Source: an uncultured Frankineae bacterium
GTDB taxonomy: Bacteria; Actinomycetota; Actinomycetes; Mycobacteriales; SCTD01
Direction: 5' to 3'
Length of the DNA: 64,000 nucleotides
Assembly (NCBI GenBank): GCA_902805775.1
Contig: CADCUB010000001.1
Span: 30,234-94,233, forward strand
Shown here: in pieces, positions 17,909-26,578 of the stretch
Layout: the number at the start of each line of letters is the position of its first letter
Position numbering within the stretch: the stretch's first letter is position 1
Notes under the pieces: model-generated
Database searches by the model: none
Told to the model about the DNA's origin: nothing
Seen by the model: the letters and a program-made list of their open reading frames with translations, nothing else
Program-made: the position numbers and the translations under genes

Positions 17909-17947
17909 CCGTCGCCGGGCGCCCGCAAGGGTGGGCTGCGGCGACGG
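17909..17947 (+). terminator. possible stem-loop after fprA
   Basis: CCGTCGCC (17909-17916) pairs with GGCGACGG (17940-17947). The 23-nt loop is long and there is no T-tract. Confidence 0.25.
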
Positions 17948-17988
17948 GAGGAAGAAGTGGCCTGCAGGAAAGCCCGCAGGCCGGCTGG

Positions 17989-20900
17989 ATGAGGGACCGT
18001 CGTGCGGTGCGTCACGCCCGCCCGGCTCCCGTCCCCGCCCGGCAGGCCGCGAGGCGGGTGGTGCAGGCGCTCACCGCGTGCCTGTCGCTGCTCCTCACGG
18101 CCCTGCTGCCGGCCCCGTCCGCGGTCGCCGCCGTCCCCGCGGGGTTCGCCGAGACGGTCCTGGCCACCGACCTGCGCCTGGGCACCGGCATGGAGTTCGC
18201 GCCGGACGGCCGGCTGTTCGTGCTCTCGCAGGACGGCGTGGTGCGGATCGTCTCGGACGGCCGGCTGCTGCCGACGCCGTTCCTGCGCCTGCCCGGCGTC
18301 GACGCGCGCGGCGAGCGCGGCCTGCTGGGTCTGACCTTCGACCCGGCGTTCGCCGTGAACGGCTACGTCTACCTCTACTACACCGTCGGCGGGACCTCGC
18401 CGCACAACCGCGTCAGTCGGGTCGTCGCCTCGGGCGACGTCGCCCTGACCTCCGGCGGCGCCCTGGTCGAGACGGTGCTGATGGAGCTGGAGCCGCTGCG
18501 CTCGGACAGCTTCATCCACAACGGGGGAGCGCTCGCCTTCGGCCCGGACGGCATGCTCCACATCGCCGTCGGCGACAACGCGGCGGGAGCGCGTGCGCAG
18601 ACGCTCGACAACCGCTTCGGCAAGATCCTGCGGATCGCGCGGAACGGCACGGTGCCGCTCGACAACCCCTTCGTCGGCCGCGGTGCCGAGGGCGCCAACC
18701 GCGCCATCTGGGCGCTCGGGCTGCGCAACCCGTTCGCCCTGACCTTCTCGCGCGCCGGTGTGCTGCACATCAACGACGTCGGCCAGAACGCCTGGGAGGA
18801 GGTCGACGTCGGCCGGGCGGGGGCGAACTACGGATGGCCGACGACCGAGGGACCGACCACCGACAGCCGCTTCACCTCACCGCTGTACGCCTACGCGCAC
18901 AGCGGCACCGGCGTCACCGGGTGCGCGATCACGGGCGGCGCCTTCTACGAGCCACCGGTGCCGGGCTATCCCAGCGACCACGTCGGCGACTACTTCTTCG
19001 CCGACTACTGCTCCAACTGGATCAAGCGCCGGGACGCCTCCGGCACCGTGAGCGACGTCGTCACCTCGTCGGCGGCGAACCCGATCGCCGTCGAGGTGGG
19101 GCCGGACGGCGACGTCCACTACCTCACGCGACGCCCCGACTCGGGCAGCACGCTGGTCCGGGTCGACTTCACCGGCGGCTCGGCCGCGACCATCACCGGC
19201 CAGCCGAGCAGCACGACGGTGAGCGTCGGGGAGCCGGCGGTCTTCAGCGTCACGGCCGTCGGGGCGGCGCCGCTGAGCTACCAGTGGCAGCGCAACGGGG
19301 TCGACGTGCCGGGCGCGACGGCAGCCACCTACCGGCTGGCGTCGGCGACGTCGACCGACAGCGGCGCGCGCTTCCGCGTCGTGGTCCGCAACGCGACGAG
19401 CACCGCCACGAGCGCCGCAGCGACGCTGACCGTGACGTCGGACCGGCGGCCCAGCGCCGTCATCAGCACGCCGGCGGCGGGTGCGACCTACGCCGGCGGT
19501 ACCACGATCACCTTCGCCGGCTCCGGCAGCGACCCGGAGGACGGCACCCTGCCGGCGACCGCGCTGACCTGGCGGATCGACTTCCACCACGCCGACCACA
19601 CCCACCCGTTCCTGCCCCCGGTCAGCGGGGTGAGCAGCGGCAGCGCTGCGGTGCCGGTCAGCGGGCACGTCGACAGCAACGTCTGGTACCGGATCCACCT
19701 GCAGGTGCGCGACAGCGCCGGCCTGGTCGGGGAGTCCTTCCGCGACGTCGTCCCGCGCACCGCGGGGCTCACGGTCACGACGGTCCCCGCCGGGCTGCGG
19801 GTCGACGTCGACGGGCAGCCCCGGACCGCGCCGTACACCGAGTCGGCCGTCGTGGGACTGCGGCGCTCGCTGGCCGCCCCGCTCGTGCAGCAGGCGGGCG
19901 GCGTCGAGTACGAGTTCGCGGGGTGGTCCGACGGCGGCGCGGCGAGCCACGACATCACGACGGCGGCCACCGCCACGACGTACACCGCGACCTACCGCGC
20001 GCGGGGACGCATCCTGACGCTGACCCCGGCGGCCGACACCACCGCCCGGCAGCAGGCGCCGACGACCGCCGGGGGCGCGCTGAGCTCGCTGGCCGCCGAC
20101 ACCCAGTCGGTGACGGGAGACCCGGCCACCCGCGTCACGTCGTACCTGCGCTTCAGCGTGCCGGCGCTCGCCGCGGGCGAGTCGATCGCCAGCGCCGCGC
20201 TGAGCCTGCAGGTCACGAACGCCACTGGAGACGGTCCGGAGCTGTGGCGCACGGCCGACTCGTGGTCCGAGAGCGCCCTGACCTGGGCCGCAGGGCAGCC
20301 CGCGCGCACGGGGACCGCTGCCGTCGGGGACTTCGGGAGCATGGCGACCGGCCGGGTCAGCACGCCGGTGACCGGGGTCACCGGCGCCGGCCAGGTCTCC
20401 CTGCAGCTGTTCGCCGACAGCGGTGACGGTGTCACGGTCGCCTCCCGCGAGGCGGTCGCGGAGAGCCGGCCGCAGCTGCGGCTGCTCGTCCGGACGGCGT
20501 CCGGGCCGTCGGCGCCGACGTCGGTGACCGCGGTGCGCAGTGATGCCGCGCGCACGGCGACGCTGCGGTGGGCGCCGCCGACCACGGACGGCGGGACGGC
20601 GATCACGGGCTACCGGGTCTCCCGCGACGGGTTCGACACCGCAGCGGTGGGGCCGTGGTCGACGACCGTGGCGGCGACCGCACGGGAGCTCACCTTCACC
20701 GGCCTGGCCCCCGGCTCGACCTACCTGCTCGCCGTGCAGGCGGTCACCGCCGGCACGACGGGACCGGCAGGGACGGCCCTGGTGACGATGGCCGGCCGGA
20801 CGCTGACGCTGGTGGCCACCGCCGACACGATGGCGCGCGAGCAGGTCCCGACGACGGCGTACGGCAGCGCGACGACGCTGCTGGCCGACGGGCAGGAGGT

Positions 20901-21294
20901 CTCCGGCGTCCCCTCGCGCGTGTCGTCCTACCTGCGCTTCCCGGTCCCGGCGCTGGCAGCGGGGGAGTCCGTGGCGGCGAGCCGCCTCGTCCTGCGGGTC
21001 ACCAACCCCACCACGGACGGCCCGGTCCTCTGGCGCACGGCGACGTCCTGGTCGGAGAGCGCCCTCACCTGGAGCTCCGGGCAGCCGGTGCGCACGGGGA
21101 CGGCTGCCGTCGGGGACTTCCCCGCCCTGGCCAACGGGCGGGCCACCACCCAGGTGGCCGGTGTCACGGGGGCCGGAGAGGTCTCGCTGCAGCTCCACGC
21201 CCCCACGGGCGACGGCGTGGCCTTCAGCTCCCGGGAGGTCCCCGCCGCAGCCGACCGTCCGACCCTGGTGGTCAGCGTCGCTCCGCCACCCTGA
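17989..21294 (+). CDS. secreted multidomain protein: PQQ/sorbosone-dehydrogenase-like beta-propeller, Ig-like module, beta-rich middle region, and two DNRLRE/CBM96-like modules flanking an FN3
   Basis: 1101 aa with a signal-peptide-like N-terminus (LTACLSLLLTALLPAPSAVAA). Propeller motifs: GERGLLGLTFDP, HNGGALAFGPDGMLHIAVGDN, RNPFALTF, INDVGQNAWEEVD, GANYGWP. Ig-like segment: PLSYQWQRNGVDV. FN3: LRWAPPTTDGGTAITGYRVS. Two 162-aa paralogous modules are listed separately. Confidence 0.85.
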   Translation: MRDRRAVRHARPAPVPARQAARRVVQALTACLSLLLTALLPAPSAVAAVPAGFAETVLATDLRLGTGMEFAPDGRLFVLSQDGVVRIVSDGRLLPTPFLRLPGVDARGERGLLGLTFDPAFAVNGYVYLYYTVGGTSPHNRVSRVVASGDVALTSGGALVETVLMELEPLRSDSFIHNGGALAFGPDGMLHIAVGDNAAGARAQTLDNRFGKILRIARNGTVPLDNPFVGRGAEGANRAIWALGLRNPFALTFSRAGVLHINDVGQNAWEEVDVGRAGANYGWPTTEGPTTDSRFTSPLYAYAHSGTGVTGCAITGGAFYEPPVPGYPSDHVGDYFFADYCSNWIKRRDASGTVSDVVTSSAANPIAVEVGPDGDVHYLTRRPDSGSTLVRVDFTGGSAATITGQPSSTTVSVGEPAVFSVTAVGAAPLSYQWQRNGVDVPGATAATYRLASATSTDSGARFRVVVRNATSTATSAAATLTVTSDRRPSAVISTPAAGATYAGGTTITFAGSGSDPEDGTLPATALTWRIDFHHADHTHPFLPPVSGVSSGSAAVPVSGHVDSNVWYRIHLQVRDSAGLVGESFRDVVPRTAGLTVTTVPAGLRVDVDGQPRTAPYTESAVVGLRRSLAAPLVQQAGGVEYEFAGWSDGGAASHDITTAATATTYTATYRARGRILTLTPAADTTARQQAPTTAGGALSSLAADTQSVTGDPATRVTSYLRFSVPALAAGESIASAALSLQVTNATGDGPELWRTADSWSESALTWAAGQPARTGTAAVGDFGSMATGRVSTPVTGVTGAGQVSLQLFADSGDGVTVASREAVAESRPQLRLLVRTASGPSAPTSVTAVRSDAARTATLRWAPPTTDGGTAITGYRVSRDGFDTAAVGPWSTTVAATARELTFTGLAPGSTYLLAVQAVTAGTTGPAGTALVTMAGRTLTLVATADTMAREQVPTTAYGSATTLLADGQEVSGVPSRVSSYLRFPVPALAAGESVAASRLVLRVTNPTTDGPVLWRTATSWSESALTWSSGQPVRTGTAAVGDFPALANGRATTQVAGVTGAGEVSLQLHAPTGDGVAFSSREVPAAADRPTLVVSVAPPP
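20005..20490 (+). repeat. intragenic repeat copy 1 (162 codons, DNRLRE/CBM96-like module)
   Basis: GRILTLTPAADTTARQQAPTT...SYLRFSVPALAAGESI...WRTADSWSESALTWAAGQPARTGTAAVGDF...VTGVTGAGQVSLQL aligns colinearly with copy 2, at more than half identical residues by eye. Confidence 0.8.
20794..21279 (+). repeat. intragenic repeat copy 2 (162 codons)
   Basis: GRTLTLVATADTMAREQVPTT...SYLRFPVPALAAGESV...WRTATSWSESALTWSSGQPVRTGTAAVGDF...VAGVTGAGEVSLQL. Same length as copy 1, with the FN3 module between the two. Confidence 0.8.
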
Positions 21295-21928
21295 CGTCGG
21301 CGGCGGGCGGGGCGTCGGGGCCCTGCACGCCGCGGGCGGCCTGGGAGGCGTCGTAGGAGCGGGCCCTCAGCGCGCGGAACAGCTCGGTGTGCCGCAGGTC
21401 GTCCGCGCCGACCGTCGGGGCGAAGGCGAGGTCCTCGCCGTCGACGGGCGCGCCGAGGACGAGCGTCCCCCACTGCTGCCAGCGCCCCAGCGGCGAGGCG
21501 ACGAGCATCGTGAAGCCGCCGCTGGTCGGCCGGGCGCCGAGCAGCACGAGCCGGCCCGAGCCGGTGCGGTGGGGGAGCACCGCCGACCACGTGCCGGCCA
21601 CGACGGACGGGGCGAAGGTGTAGCGCCAGGCGCTGTTGACCAGCAGGTCGAGGGGCGCGCCGTCGACGCCGAGGCCGGGCAGGCGCAGCGCGAGGCCGTC
21701 GACGTCGGGCAGGGGAGCGGGCAGTCCGGCGCCTCGGGAGAGCCGGACCACGCCGGGATGCACGGCCGGCTCGTCGAGCAGGCGGGCGCCGGTGCCGAGC
21801 CCGCCACTGACGGTCAGGGTGGCCGTACGGGTGGTGCCCCGCGGGTGGAAGACGCGGGCACCGCGCAGGGCGGTCCCGGCCGCGAGGGTCGTCGCGATCA
21901 CGGTACGGGGCAGGCTCAGCACGTCCAC
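21272..21928 (-). CDS. hypothetical protein with catalase-core-like N-terminal pattern
   Basis: GTG 21928 within ORF 21272..22324; upstream of it is Arg-rich junk. RVFHPRGTT...GVVRLSRGAGLP..LPDVDGLALRL...DLLVNS recalls the catalase-family FH.KG / VRFS / D.RG.A.K / DLV.NN layout. The protein is only 218 aa. Its 3-prime end overlaps the convergent large gene by 23 nt. Confidence 0.5.
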   Translation of the reverse strand: MDVLSLPRTVIATTLAAGTALRGARVFHPRGTTRTATLTVSGGLGTGARLLDEPAVHPGVVRLSRGAGLPAPLPDVDGLALRLPGLGVDGAPLDLLVNSAWRYTFAPSVVAGTWSAVLPHRTGSGRLVLLGARPTSGGFTMLVASPLGRWQQWGTLVLGAPVDGEDLAFAPTVGADDLRHTELFRALRARSYDASQAARGVQGPDAPPAADVRVAERR

Positions 21929-22008
21929 GCGACGGGCGTACCCGGTGGGAGGCCGCGCACCGGACCCGGCGCGCGTGCCAGCGGCCACATCGGAGGGGGC
22001 CGGGCGGG

Positions 22009-22959
22009 TCAGCCCCCCGTGCGCTCCAGGTCGGTCGGCTCCCAGGTCGGGCCGTCGACCCGCGGGCCGTCCTCGGTCCAGACCAGCGGGTCCACGCACA
22101 TGCGCCGGGCCGTCTGCGCGACGTCCCAGGCGTGGTAGACGAGCACGTCCGCCCCGTGCGGTCCGGTGACGACGCTGTTGTGGCCGGGCCCCACGACCTG
22201 CCCGGGGACGGTCGCCAGGATCGGGCCGTCCCCGTGACCGGTCCAGGGCCCGAGGGGGGTGTCGGCGACCGCGACGCCCACCCCGTAGGTCGGCTCGAGC
22301 CAGGAGCCGCCGGAGTAGAAGCACCAGTAGCGACCGTCGTGGTGGCGGACGAACGGGCCTTCCAGGGTGTGCCAGTCGTAGGTCTGGCCGTACATCTGCC
22401 GACCGCGCAGGAACAGCTGCCAGTCGTCGCTGGGCGTCAGCACCGACCGTGGCTCACCGGCGAGGCGGCTCATCGTCTCCAGCCGGTCGACGGCGAGCAT
22501 GGTCCCGACGCGCTCGCCCTCGAGCACGTCACGGGCGTAGAACAGGTACCAGGTGCCGTCGTCGTCGCGGAACGGGTGCGGGTCGATGGCGAAGCGCTCG
22601 GTCGGGGTGAGGTCGACGCCCTGGTCGACGTACGGCCCGACGGGCGAGTCGGCGACCGCCACCCGCAGCGAGTGCCCGACGTCGCCCTCGCCGCAGGAGT
22701 AGTACATCCACCAGCGCCCGTCGTGCTCGGCGACCTCGGGGGCCCAGAAGTCGCTGCCGCAGCCGGAGGGGCGCTCGAGCGCGCCGCCGACCGAGCGCCA
22801 GGAGACCAGGTCGTCGGAGACGAGCACCTCGAAGGCGCGCTCGTCCTGCACCGAGCCGGTGCCGATCGCGACGTAGCGGCTGCCGGAGGACGGCGCCTGC
22901 ATCACGAAGGGGTCGGCGAAGTAGCCCTCGTGGACGGGGTTGCGGTAGGGGAGGCTCAC
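22009..22959 (-). CDS. glycoside hydrolase family 43-like (five-bladed propeller)
   Basis: GTG 22959 within ORF 22009..24285. YFADPFVM, FWAPEVAEHDGRWWMYYS, AIDPHPFRDDDGTWYLFY and LEGPFVRHHDGRYWCFYSGG are typical GH43 blades with catalytic Asp/Glu contexts. No signal peptide. Confidence 0.82.
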   Translation of the reverse strand: MSLPYRNPVHEGYFADPFVMQAPSSGSRYVAIGTGSVQDERAFEVLVSDDLVSWRSVGGALERPSGCGSDFWAPEVAEHDGRWWMYYSCGEGDVGHSLRVAVADSPVGPYVDQGVDLTPTERFAIDPHPFRDDDGTWYLFYARDVLEGERVGTMLAVDRLETMSRLAGEPRSVLTPSDDWQLFLRGRQMYGQTYDWHTLEGPFVRHHDGRYWCFYSGGSWLEPTYGVGVAVADTPLGPWTGHGDGPILATVPGQVVGPGHNSVVTGPHGADVLVYHAWDVAQTARRMCVDPLVWTEDGPRVDGPTWEPTDLERTGG

Positions 22960-22988
22960 AGCGGCGCCCTTCCCCGGCTCGTCGCGCC

Positions 22989-24269
22989 CTACCGTCCCCG
23001 CGCGGTCCTGCGGGAGCTCCTCAGCCGCAGCCAGCGCAGGACGACGCCGACCGCGTAGACGGCTGCGCCGCCCAGCACCGACTGCCAGGGCAGCGTCAGG
23101 ACGAGCGCCGTGCAGCCGAGGACGCCCACGGCCTGCAGCGCACGCGGGGTGCGCCGGTGGGGCGGGGTCTGGGTGAAGGCGGCGAGGTTGGCCACCAGGT
23201 AGTAGACGAGCACGCCGAACGACGAGAAGCCGATGACCTCGCGCAGGTCGCCCAGCAGCACGACGACGCTGACGACGAGCCCGAGCGTCGCGACCGCGGC
23301 GTGCGGCACCTGCCGGGCGGGGTGGACGGTGGCCAGCCAGCGCGGCAGGTCGCCGGTGCGGGCCATCGCCAGCGTCGTGCGCCCGACGCCGGCCACCAGG
23401 GCCAGCAGGGCGCCCAGGGCAGCCGCGGCAGCGCCCAGCCGGACCACCGGGACGGTGGCGTCCCAGCCGGCGGCGTCGACGGCCGCCGTCAGCGGCTCGG
23501 TGCTGCGGGCGATCCCGTCCGGACCCAGGACGCTCAGCAGGCTGAGCGCCACGAGCAGGTAGACGACCAGGACGATCCCGAGGGCGGTGGCGACGGCCCG
23601 GGGGATGGTCCGGGGAGGGTCGCGGACCTCCTCGGCGAGGGTGGTGACGCGGGCGTAGCCGGCGAAGGCGAAGAACAGCAGCCCGGCGGACTGCAGCACG
23701 CCGTACCAGCCCGCCTCCAGCAGAGCGCCTCCGGGGACGAGGTCGCTGCGGGCCGTCCCGCCGGCCAGGCCGGCGAGCACGACCACCAGCAGCGAGGCGA
23801 GCACGCCGGCGACGAGCCACCGGGTGAGCCGCGCGGTGCGGGTGATGCCCGCGAGGTCGACCGCGGTCAGCGCCAGGACGGCCGCCACGGCGGTCGGTCG
23901 CACCCAGCCCTCGGGCGCGACGTAGGTGGCGAAGGTCAGCGCCATGGCCGCGCAGCTGGCGGTCTTGCCGACGACGAAGCCCCAGCCGGCCAGGAAGCCG
24001 GTCCACTCGCCGAGCCGCTCGCGGGCCGGCACGTACGTCCCGCCCGAGGTCGGGTACTGCGCGGCCAGCTGGGCGGAGGACATCGCGTTGCACAGGGCCA
24101 CCGCAGCGGCGATCGCCAGCCCGAGGAGCAGACCGGAGCCGGCCGCCCGGGCAGCCGGCGCGAAGGCCGCGAACACCCCCGCGCCCAGCATCGAGCCGAG
24201 CCCGAGCAGCACGGCGTCGGAGAGGCCGAGGCGCCGGGCCAGCTCGGGCGGCGGGGGCGAGGCGCTCAC
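22989..24269 (-). CDS. APC-family amino acid permease
   Basis: 426 aa with about 12 hydrophobic segments. N-terminal LGLSDAVLLGLGSMLGAGVFAAFAPAA and QYPTSGGTYV are typical of APC transporters. Confidence 0.85.
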   Translation of the reverse strand: MSASPPPPELARRLGLSDAVLLGLGSMLGAGVFAAFAPAARAAGSGLLLGLAIAAAVALCNAMSSAQLAAQYPTSGGTYVPARERLGEWTGFLAGWGFVVGKTASCAAMALTFATYVAPEGWVRPTAVAAVLALTAVDLAGITRTARLTRWLVAGVLASLLVVVLAGLAGGTARSDLVPGGALLEAGWYGVLQSAGLLFFAFAGYARVTTLAEEVRDPPRTIPRAVATALGIVLVVYLLVALSLLSVLGPDGIARSTEPLTAAVDAAGWDATVPVVRLGAAAAALGALLALVAGVGRTTLAMARTGDLPRWLATVHPARQVPHAAVATLGLVVSVVVLLGDLREVIGFSSFGVLVYYLVANLAAFTQTPPHRRTPRALQAVGVLGCTALVLTLPWQSVLGGAAVYAVGVVLRWLRLRSSRRTARGR

Positions 24270-24353
24270 GGGGCTGCTCTACCACGCACGGGCGGTGTCG
24301 CGACCTGCGCGAACACCCCCGCGCACGCCGCGCAGCGCTCTAGCATCGCCCGC

Positions 24354-25226
24354 ATGGCCGGCTGGCAGCGGCGAGCGAAGGACCTCCTCCGCATCAAGGC
24401 GCATCCCGTGTGGGAGGCGGCCTACGTGTTCAAGCACCCGTGCAACCGCGGACATCGCCTGCGTGCCGTCGCGCGCGCCGCGCGGTTCCGGGTGGCGAGC
24501 CGCTGGCTCAAGCGGCCGTGCGTGGCGCAGGTCGGTGCGCACTCCAGGATCATCGCCTATCCGGGGGAGACCAACTCCCGGCACGCCTTCCGGCACAACC
24601 CCCCCAACTGGCCGCAGATGGGCGTCTGGCAGCAGTACCTCGAGCCTGGCGACCTCTTCGTGGACGTCGGCGCGAACATCGGCATCTACACGATCTTCGC
24701 CAAGGACCTGGGCGCGGAGGTCGTCGCCGTGGAGCCGACGCCCAACGCCGACCGTGTCCGCGAGAACCTCGCGCTGAACGGCTACGGCGCGACGGTCCTG
24801 CAGAAGGCGGTCGCCGACCGGCCGGGACGCCTGCGCATGACCGACGATCTCGACAGCTTCAACCACCTCATCGACGACCCGGACCGGGGCATCGTGGTCG
24901 AGGCGACGACCCTCGACGACGTCCTGGCCGATCGCACCGCGCGCGTGAAGATCGACGTCGAGGGTGCTGAGCGCCTCGTCCTCGAGGGAGCCGGGCGCGC
25001 CCTGTCCGAGCACCGCATCACGATGATGCAGATCGAGTGGGCCCCTCGGCGAGCGATGCTGACGCTGGGCGGGACGCTCACCCCGGTGGCGGACATCCTG
25101 CGGAAGCACGACTACGTCCTCTACTGGGCGGACAGGGCTGCTGGGCTGCACGCCCTGCAGGGCGACACCTCGCCGACGACGGACGTGTTCGCCTTCCCGC
25201 GAGAGCTGGCTCCCGCAGTGTCCTGA
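24354..25226 (+). CDS. FkbM-family SAM-dependent methyltransferase
   Basis: ATG 24354 within ORF 23157..25226. GDLFVDVGANIGIYT...VVAVEPTPN...IKIDVEGAE..VLEG is the FkbM motif set. Confidence 0.82.
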   Translation: MAGWQRRAKDLLRIKAHPVWEAAYVFKHPCNRGHRLRAVARAARFRVASRWLKRPCVAQVGAHSRIIAYPGETNSRHAFRHNPPNWPQMGVWQQYLEPGDLFVDVGANIGIYTIFAKDLGAEVVAVEPTPNADRVRENLALNGYGATVLQKAVADRPGRLRMTDDLDSFNHLIDDPDRGIVVEATTLDDVLADRTARVKIDVEGAERLVLEGAGRALSEHRITMMQIEWAPRRAMLTLGGTLTPVADILRKHDYVLYWADRAAGLHALQGDTSPTTDVFAFPRELAPAVS

Positions 25227-25292
25227 CCGACTGCCGGGCAGCGTGCGGCGGCGAGGTCCGGAGGTCACGGACCGCCGATAATCGACATTATG

Positions 25293-25667
25293 TCAGGAAG
25301 CGGATCCCTGGGCTCTGTCCACCGCTGCTGCCCCGCGACTCTCCGCGGCCGGCGAGACGGACCGCCACCCCGGTCTGTCGAGGCGCGCGCCGACGGTCTG
25401 CGCAGCGGGTCCGGACGGCTGGATCTCGGCCCACACGGCATCCAGGGACAGGCCGAGGACGTCGGCGATGGCCGCGACGGTCGGGAACGCGGGGGTCGCG
25501 ACGCGGCCCGTCTCGATCTTCCGGAGGGTCTCCGGTGAGACCCGCGCGTCGAGGGCGGTCTGGAGCATCGAGCGCTCCCCCCTGGCGCGTCGCAGGACGG
25601 CGCCCAGGCGCTGTCCGCGCTCGACCTCCGCAGCGGAGAGCGGCAACCTGACCATGCTCCCGAACAT
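25293..25667 (-). CDS. XRE-family helix-turn-helix transcriptional regulator
   Basis: 124 aa. LGAVLRRARGERSMLQTALDARVSPETLRKIETGRVATPAFPTVAAIADVLGLSLD is a Cro/C1-type HTH. Alternative start at ATG 25655. Confidence 0.8.
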   Translation of the reverse strand: MFGSMVRLPLSAAEVERGQRLGAVLRRARGERSMLQTALDARVSPETLRKIETGRVATPAFPTVAAIADVLGLSLDAVWAEIQPSGPAAQTVGARLDRPGWRSVSPAAESRGAAAVDRAQGSAS

Positions 25668-25668
25668 A

Positions 25669-25692
25669 GTACCGGTATGGTCTGACCGGTAT
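25669..25692. promoter_or_regulatory. paired ACCGGTAT boxes in the XRE/map divergent intergenic region
   Basis: The 50-nt gap is unusually AT-rich. TACCGGTA (25670-25677, palindromic) and ACCGGTAT (25685-25692) lie 14-15 bp apart. Candidate operator for the adjacent XRE regulator. Confidence 0.4.
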
Positions 25693-25717
25693 AGCAGTTG
25701 GAGCGCCGGAGGCAGCC

Positions 25718-26500
25718 ATGGTCGAGATCCTGACCCCCACCGGCGTGAGCCGGGCGCGAGAGACAGGTGCCCTGGTCGCCCGCATCCTGCAGGCGCTGAA
25801 GGAGCGCACCGAGGTCGGCACGAACCTGCTGGACATCGACCGGTGGACGCGAGACATGATCGTCGAGGCCGGCGCGCAGTCCTGCTACGTCGACTACGCG
25901 CCGTCCTTCGGACGCGGGCCGTTCGGCCACTACATCTGCACGTCCGTCAACGACGCGGTGCTCCACGGCCTGCCCTACGACTACCGGCTCGCCGACGGCG
26001 ACCTGCTGTCGCTCGACCTGGCCGTCAGCAGGAACGGGATCGCCGCCGACTCCGCCATCAGCTTCCTCGTCGGCGACGCGACGCACCCGGAGAGCGTCGC
26101 CATGATCGACACCACCCGACGCGCCCTCAGCGCGGGTGTCGCCGCCGCCCGACCCGGGGCCCGCGTCGGGGACGTCTCGTACGCCATCGGCTCGGTCCTC
26201 AGCCAGGCCGGGTATCCGATCAACACCGAGTTCGGCGGTCACGGCATCGGCTCGACGATGCACCAGGACCCGCACGTCTCCAACACGGGACGGCCCGGCC
26301 AGGGGTACGAGCTCCGGCCCGGGCTGCTGCTGGCACTGGAGCCCTGGGTCATGGCGGACACCGCCCGGCTCGTCACGGACGCCGACGGATGGACCCTCCG
26401 CAGTGCGACGGGCTGCCGGACAGCACACAGCGAGCACACGATCGCCATCACCCTCTACGGCGCCGAGATCCTCACCCTGCCGAAGCAGGTGCAGGTGTGA
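25718..26500 (+). CDS. map: type I methionyl aminopeptidase
   Basis: 260 aa. Motifs: ICTSVNDAVLHGLP, DGDLLSLDLA, GGHGIGSTMHQDP, LALEP and AHSEHTIAIT (metal ligands D, D, H, E, E all present). Confidence 0.9.
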   Translation: MVEILTPTGVSRARETGALVARILQALKERTEVGTNLLDIDRWTRDMIVEAGAQSCYVDYAPSFGRGPFGHYICTSVNDAVLHGLPYDYRLADGDLLSLDLAVSRNGIAADSAISFLVGDATHPESVAMIDTTRRALSAGVAAARPGARVGDVSYAIGSVLSQAGYPINTEFGGHGIGSTMHQDPHVSNTGRPGQGYELRPGLLLALEPWVMADTARLVTDADGWTLRSATGCRTAHSEHTIAITLYGAEILTLPKQVQV

Positions 26501-26578
26501 TGTAGGAGGACGCCACGCACTCCGCCTCGACACGGTCGCGGCCCCCGACGTCCAGCGGCAGGCCGGGCCGCGAGTCGC

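Noticed and set aside
16309-18768. 819-aa minus-strand ORF
   Set aside because: It is antisense to fprA and to the start of the large secreted protein. The low-complexity composition marks it as a shadow ORF.
22009-24285. Apparent 758-aa fusion of a permease region and GH43
   Set aside because: The N-terminal 440 aa are out-of-frame read-through across the APC permease gene and are Arg-rich junk. The real GH43 gene starts at GTG 22959.
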